Of a stretch of DNA of 10,851 bases, positions 6,881 through 10,851 are shown piece by piece. Positions within the stretch are counted from its first letter, which is position 1, and every line of letters starts with the position of its first letter. A model generated the notes under the pieces. That model worked only from the letters and a program-made list of their open reading frames with translations, did no database searches and was not told the DNA's origin. The position numbers were made by a program, and so were the translations under genes. The DNA comes from Oligoflexia bacterium (GTDB taxonomy: Bacteria; Bdellovibrionota; Bdellovibrionia; JABDDW01), in contig JAYTHU010000162.1 of the NCBI GenBank assembly GCA_043732305.1, positions 1 through 10,851 on the forward strand, given 5' to 3'.

Positions 6881-8620
6881 GTGGCGTACCAGGTATTAGC
6901 CCGAAAATGGAGACCGCAATCTTTTGATGCCCTCGTCGGTCAGGAAACTGTAGCGACGGGACTTCTCAACACGCTCAAAAATGATCGCGTTCCTCATGCT
7001 TTACTTTTCACTGGCGTTCGTGGAGTTGGAAAAACTTCTGCGGCTCGCATATTAGCTAAAAGCTTACGTTGCACAAATTTAAAAGAATTCGTCCCTTGTG
7101 GTGTTTGCTCGGATTGCGTGGAGATTGCCGAAGGCCGCTCCATCGACGTCATTGAAATTGATGGGGCTAGCAACAACGGCGTAGAAAATGTGCGTGAACT
7201 TCGCGAATCAGTCGGCTTCATGCCGTCTCGTGGAAAATACAAAATCTATATAATAGACGAAGTTCACATGCTCACCGGAAACGCTTTCAATGCGCTTTTG
7301 AAAACTTTGGAAGAGCCACCTCCTCACGTGATGTTTATTTTTGCGACAACCGAAGTCCAAAAAATCCCGGTGACTATTTTATCTCGTTGCCAGCGCTACG
7401 ATTTCAGACGAATTGCGATTAAGAAAGTTGCTGAAGCTATTCGGCGAATAGCCGAATCAGAAGGTGTAGAAGCTGAAACTTCTGCACTTTGGTTAGTGGC
7501 GCGCGAGTCCGAAGGCAGCATGCGAGATTCGCTGAGTCTTCTTGATCAAGTCATTTCATTCTGCGGAAATAAAATCACTCTTGAAAAAGTTGTGGAAATT
7601 TTAGGACTGACCGATAGAACTTTATTGAGCCAGACTTTGAAAGCTCTCATCGACCGCAATGCTGAAGGAAGTTTGGATATTGTCGAGCGAGTTTTTAAAC
7701 TCGGCTATGACCCAAAACAATTTGCGCAAGATCTTCTCGAGCATATTAGAAATTTGATGGTCGTGAAACTTTCAGGCCATGGGCGAACAGATTTTTTAGA
7801 TTTACCGGATCAAGAGGTAGACGAACTTTTAAAATTTTCCGGAGAACTCTCCAACGAAGACATTCATTTTTTATTCGATATGACTCTCAAGGGAGTCAAT
7901 GATGTCATGCGCGCTCAAGATCCACGCGTGGTGATGGAAATGTTGCTTCTGAGAATGTCTCAAGCTCCACGTCTTTCATCGATTGAAAATTTACTAGCCG
8001 ATATGGAAACGGGCCCGGTGACTACAGCCGCTTCAACTGCAACCGCACCTGTCATCTCTCCTTCACCGGCAACTTCAGCTGCACCAGCTGCCGGGTATGT
8101 TCGAACGATTGGACAGATGGCAGCTTCGAGACCAGCTCCTCAACCATCAGCGGCAGCAGTTGCCTCGACACCTACTCAAGATTACAATTCGATTCCCGAG
8201 CCCCTTGTTCACACAGCACCGATTGGTGAATTTTCCTGGGCAGGTTTTGTTGAGAGAGTGAAAAAAGAAAAGCCACTCTTGGGCGCGAAGCTTGAGTACG
8301 GATCTATGGAATCTTTGGATGACAAAGCCATGGGAATTTTCTTTCGCAAGGAACAATCTTTTTTCTATGCTCAAGTTTCTGATAAAGATGTGCTTCTTCA
8401 GCTTGGCGAAATTGTCATGAAGAACTGGGGCAAATCTTTGAGAGTCAATGTGCGCATTGGAGTAAAACCCAATGAAGGCACGATGTCTTCGCAAGAGACA
8501 ACGGCCGCGCAGGAAAAAACGGATCATCTGAATTTAATGGAAAAGATTGATAATCATCCGGTAGTGCAAGAAGCTAAAAGTCTACTGAACGCAAAAGTGA
8601 CAGGTGTCAGCGAGAGCTGA
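6881..8620 (+). CDS. dnaX: DNA polymerase III subunit gamma/tau (579 aa)
   Basis: YQVLARKWRPQSF N-terminus, Walker A GVRGVGKTS, Zn motif PCGVCSDC, EIDGASN, IDEVHML, NALLKTLEEPP and SRC motif. The true start is GTG 6881 with AAGGAG at 6872-6877. Confidence 0.97.
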   Translation: MAYQVLARKWRPQSFDALVGQETVATGLLNTLKNDRVPHALLFTGVRGVGKTSAARILAKSLRCTNLKEFVPCGVCSDCVEIAEGRSIDVIEIDGASNNGVENVRELRESVGFMPSRGKYKIYIIDEVHMLTGNAFNALLKTLEEPPPHVMFIFATTEVQKIPVTILSRCQRYDFRRIAIKKVAEAIRRIAESEGVEAETSALWLVARESEGSMRDSLSLLDQVISFCGNKITLEKVVEILGLTDRTLLSQTLKALIDRNAEGSLDIVERVFKLGYDPKQFAQDLLEHIRNLMVVKLSGHGRTDFLDLPDQEVDELLKFSGELSNEDIHFLFDMTLKGVNDVMRAQDPRVVMEMLLLRMSQAPRLSSIENLLADMETGPVTTAASTATAPVISPSPATSAAPAAGYVRTIGQMAASRPAPQPSAAAVASTPTQDYNSIPEPLVHTAPIGEFSWAGFVERVKKEKPLLGAKLEYGSMESLDDKAMGIFFRKEQSFFYAQVSDKDVLLQLGEIVMKNWGKSLRVNVRIGVKPNEGTMSSQETTAAQEKTDHLNLMEKIDNHPVVQEAKSLLNAKVTGVSES

Positions 8621-8649
8621 CAAAATTAAAACAAATCTAAGGAGTTTTT

Positions 8650-8967
8650 ATGAGAAATCTTCCCGGCGGCATGCAGAATTTTATGAAGCAAGCCCAACAA
8701 ATGCAAACCAAGATGGCCAAAGTTCAAGAGGAGCTCGTCACAAAAACGGTTGAATCCACCAGTGGCGGTGGAGCAATCAAAATCACCATGAACGGTCAGC
8801 AAGCGATCACGCAAATTGTGATCAGCGCCGATGCTGCGGGCGATGCCGAAATGCTTCAAGACTTAGTCATGACTGCGGTCAATGATGGCGTCAAAAAATC
8901 CAAAGCTTTGGCCGAAGAAGAAATGGCTAAAGTCACTGGCGGCATGAACATTCCAGGAATGTTTTAA
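8650..8967 (+). CDS. ybaB: YbaB/EbfC nucleoid-associated protein
   Basis: MKQAQQMQ, SGGGAIKITMNG, EMLQDLVMTAVND and GGMNIPGMF; SD AAGGAG; located between dnaX and recR. Confidence 0.95.
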   Translation: MRNLPGGMQNFMKQAQQMQTKMAKVQEELVTKTVESTSGGGAIKITMNGQQAITQIVISADAAGDAEMLQDLVMTAVNDGVKKSKALAEEEMAKVTGGMNIPGMF

Positions 8968-8983
8968 GCGTGAGCTATAGACG

Positions 8984-9586
8984 ATGAGTTACAGAATAGC
9001 CGCTCTCGATCAATTGATCGGCGAGCTCGCCAAGCTTCCAGGGCTTGGAGAAAAATCAGCGCAGCGAATTGCTTTCTACATTCTTCGCACTCGAGCGAAC
9101 TATGCAGAAAACTTAAGCACGGCTTTGCTTGAAGTAAAATCTTCGGTGCATGATTGTCCCCACTGCTTTCATCTCACGGACAAAGACATTTGCGCGATTT
9201 GCGCTGATCCCACTCGTCCCATGGATGTGCTTTGTGTGGTTGAAGACCCAGCAGACGTTTGGCGCATTGAAGAATCCGGAACTTTCAAATGCCGCTTTCA
9301 CGTGTTGCAGGGTGTGCTTTCGCCGCTCGATGGAATGGGTCCGGATCAAATTCGGTTGCGCGAGTTGCTTGAAAGAGTCGACCGCGAACCTATAAAAGAG
9401 GTTGTTCTAGCCTTGGATGCGGATATTGAAGGAGATGCCACATGTGTTTATTTGACAAAACTCATCCGAGAGCGAAATATAAAAGTAACACGCATTGCAC
9501 ACGGGGTTCCTATTGGGGGAAATCTGGATTTTGTAGATACTCGCACTTTAGGGCGAGCACTTGAAAATAGGATTGAGCTAAAATAA
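8984..9586 (+). CDS. recR: Recombination mediator RecR
   Basis: HhH LPGLGEKSAQR, C4 zinc finger CPHC...CAIC, Toprim LCVVEDPAD, HVLQGVLSPLDGMGP and TRIAHGVPIGG. Confidence 0.97.
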   Translation: MSYRIAALDQLIGELAKLPGLGEKSAQRIAFYILRTRANYAENLSTALLEVKSSVHDCPHCFHLTDKDICAICADPTRPMDVLCVVEDPADVWRIEESGTFKCRFHVLQGVLSPLDGMGPDQIRLRELLERVDREPIKEVVLALDADIEGDATCVYLTKLIRERNIKVTRIAHGVPIGGNLDFVDTRTLGRALENRIELK

Positions 9587-10177
9587 ATGTCATTTATTAA
9601 CGTCAACGCTAAGGAAATTCACTGCAAGATCGTTTACTACGGTCCGAGCCTTGGCGGAAAAACCACCAACGTGCAATGGATTTACCAAAAGACGGCCAAT
9701 GATCAAAAAGGCACGTTAAGAACTCTCCCTACAGAGAATGAACGCACACTTTTTTTCGATTTTCTTCCTCTGTATATTGGCGATGTTCGCGGTTACACAA
9801 CCAAGTTCCATCTCTACAGTGTCCCGGGCCAAGTGGTCTATGATGCGAGTCGAAAATTGATTCTCAAAGGTCTCGACGGAATTATTTTTGTGGCCGATAG
9901 CCAAGCCGAACGCTTGGAAGAAAATGTCGAAGCTATGAAGAACCTCGAAATCAATTTGAAGCAACAAGGGTACGACATCAAACAAGTTCCCATGATCATT
10001 CAATACAACAAACGAGATTTGAAAAACATCACTCCCATTCATGAACTGCGCCGTTTGCTCAATAAGCACAATGCACCCGAATTTGAGGCCGTCGCGCATC
10101 AAGGACAGGGTGTTTTTGAATCGCTTAAGACTTTGAGCAAATCCATAGTTAATATTCTAAAAGGCGGCGATCTTTAA
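9587..10177 (+). CDS. mglA: Ras-like small GTPase MglA
   Basis: MSFIN..EIHCKIVYYGP.L.GKTTN, RTLFFDFLP (R53), VPGQ (Q82), FVADSQ and QYNKRD; colinear with myxobacterial MglA as recalled. Confidence 0.96.
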   Translation: MSFINVNAKEIHCKIVYYGPSLGGKTTNVQWIYQKTANDQKGTLRTLPTENERTLFFDFLPLYIGDVRGYTTKFHLYSVPGQVVYDASRKLILKGLDGIIFVADSQAERLEENVEAMKNLEINLKQQGYDIKQVPMIIQYNKRDLKNITPIHELRRLLNKHNAPEFEAVAHQGQGVFESLKTLSKSIVNILKGGDL

Positions 10178-10179
10178 AA

Positions 10180-10560
10180 ATGAAACTCCTACTTATTGCA
10201 GTTGGGATTGCTGCTCTAAGTTCAACCGCTGCTGCTTCCGGCTTGAGCAAGTGCTTCAACATCGACGGCACCTATGTTTCCGAGAGCGGCTCAGTCAAAA
10301 CCAATCGACAATATTTAAAAGACGGAATCGACATTCTTGAGATGGAAGAGGGCAAACTCGTTTTTGTCCTCGATGGCAAACGCCACAGCAGTCACGTGTT
10401 CTTTCATTACGTGGCCAGCTGCACGGACGAGAACACCATTGAAGCATCGGCCGAGGGAATGGGTTACCAGAGAAGCATCGTGATCAGGCGGACGCCCCAT
10501 GGCTACACTTACGAATCCAACGATCCCCGCCATCCAAATGGTGAGTTTTTCCGCCAATAA
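10180..10560 (+). CDS. Secreted hypothetical protein (126 aa)
   Basis: Signal peptide MKLLLIAVGIAALSSTAAA; starts 2 nt after the mglA stop; two Cys; beta-strand-like pattern; fills the gap up to the tRNA promoter. Confidence 0.75.
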   Translation: MKLLLIAVGIAALSSTAAASGLSKCFNIDGTYVSESGSVKTNRQYLKDGIDILEMEEGKLVFVLDGKRHSSHVFFHYVASCTDENTIEASAEGMGYQRSIVIRRTPHGYTYESNDPRHPNGEFFRQ

Positions 10561-10570
10561 CGGTCCTTGC

Positions 10571-10599
10571 TTGACTTTGCCAAGCTGGTCTTTTAATTT
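10571..10599 (+). promoter_or_regulatory. Candidate sigma70 promoter for tRNA-Asn
   Basis: TTGACT (10571-10576)-N17-TAATTT (10594-10599), about 30 nt upstream of the tRNA. Confidence 0.55.
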
Positions 10600-10630
10600 A
10601 GACATTCCGATTTTAATCAGTACTTCATAT

Positions 10631-10706
<76 letters not shown>

Positions 10707-10725
10707 TTTCAAATAGCGAGCCTTG

Positions 10726-10783
10726 AACCCAAATCCGAAGATCGAATAAGTCGAAACCCAAATCCGAAGATCGAATAAGTCGA
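10726..10783. repeat. Perfect 29-bp direct tandem duplication
   Basis: AACCCAAATCCGAAGATCGAATAAGTCGA occurs at 10726-10754 and again at 10755-10783. Confidence 0.97.
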
Positions 10784-10792
10784 AAAATTACG

Positions 10793-10815
10793 AACCACCT
10801 AAAGGTGGTTTTTTT
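10793..10815 (+). terminator. Rho-independent terminator after tRNA-Asn
   Basis: AACCACC-TAAA-GGTGGTT hairpin running into a T7 tract. Confidence 0.85.
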
Positions 10816-10851
10816 GTGTCTGGATGTTGCCGTTTATGATTTTCGCGGGCA

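Noticed and set aside
10726..10785. 29-bp repeats as a mini CRISPR array
   Set aside because: The copies are directly adjacent with no spacer, there are only two units, and no cas genes are in the window.

Overview
Core chromosomal region of a bacterium that most likely belongs to the Bdellovibrionota. The main clue is an mglA with Ser21 that directly abuts recR with no mglB between them. Two arms are transcribed divergently from about 6650-6760, and each ends in an outward-facing tRNA. Leftward (-): SRPBCC-family gene, three-subunit succinate dehydrogenase/fumarate reductase operon sdhCAB, a small secreted protein, an NADP-dependent Zn alcohol dehydrogenase, a putative outer-membrane beta-barrel and tRNA-Asp(GTC). 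Rightward (+): SRP RNA (ffs, hidden inside the ORF track's over-extended dnaX), dnaX, ybaB/ebfC, recR, mglA, an unknown secreted protein and tRNA-Asn(GTT), followed by a perfect 29-bp tandem duplication and a terminator. At the left edge, a reading frame resembling the C-terminus of a large serine recombinase runs antisense into the 3' end of tRNA-Asp. This suggests the boundary of an integrated, possibly decayed, element. Several intergenic promoter/operator candidates are visible. All homology calls come from motif recognition, not database searches.
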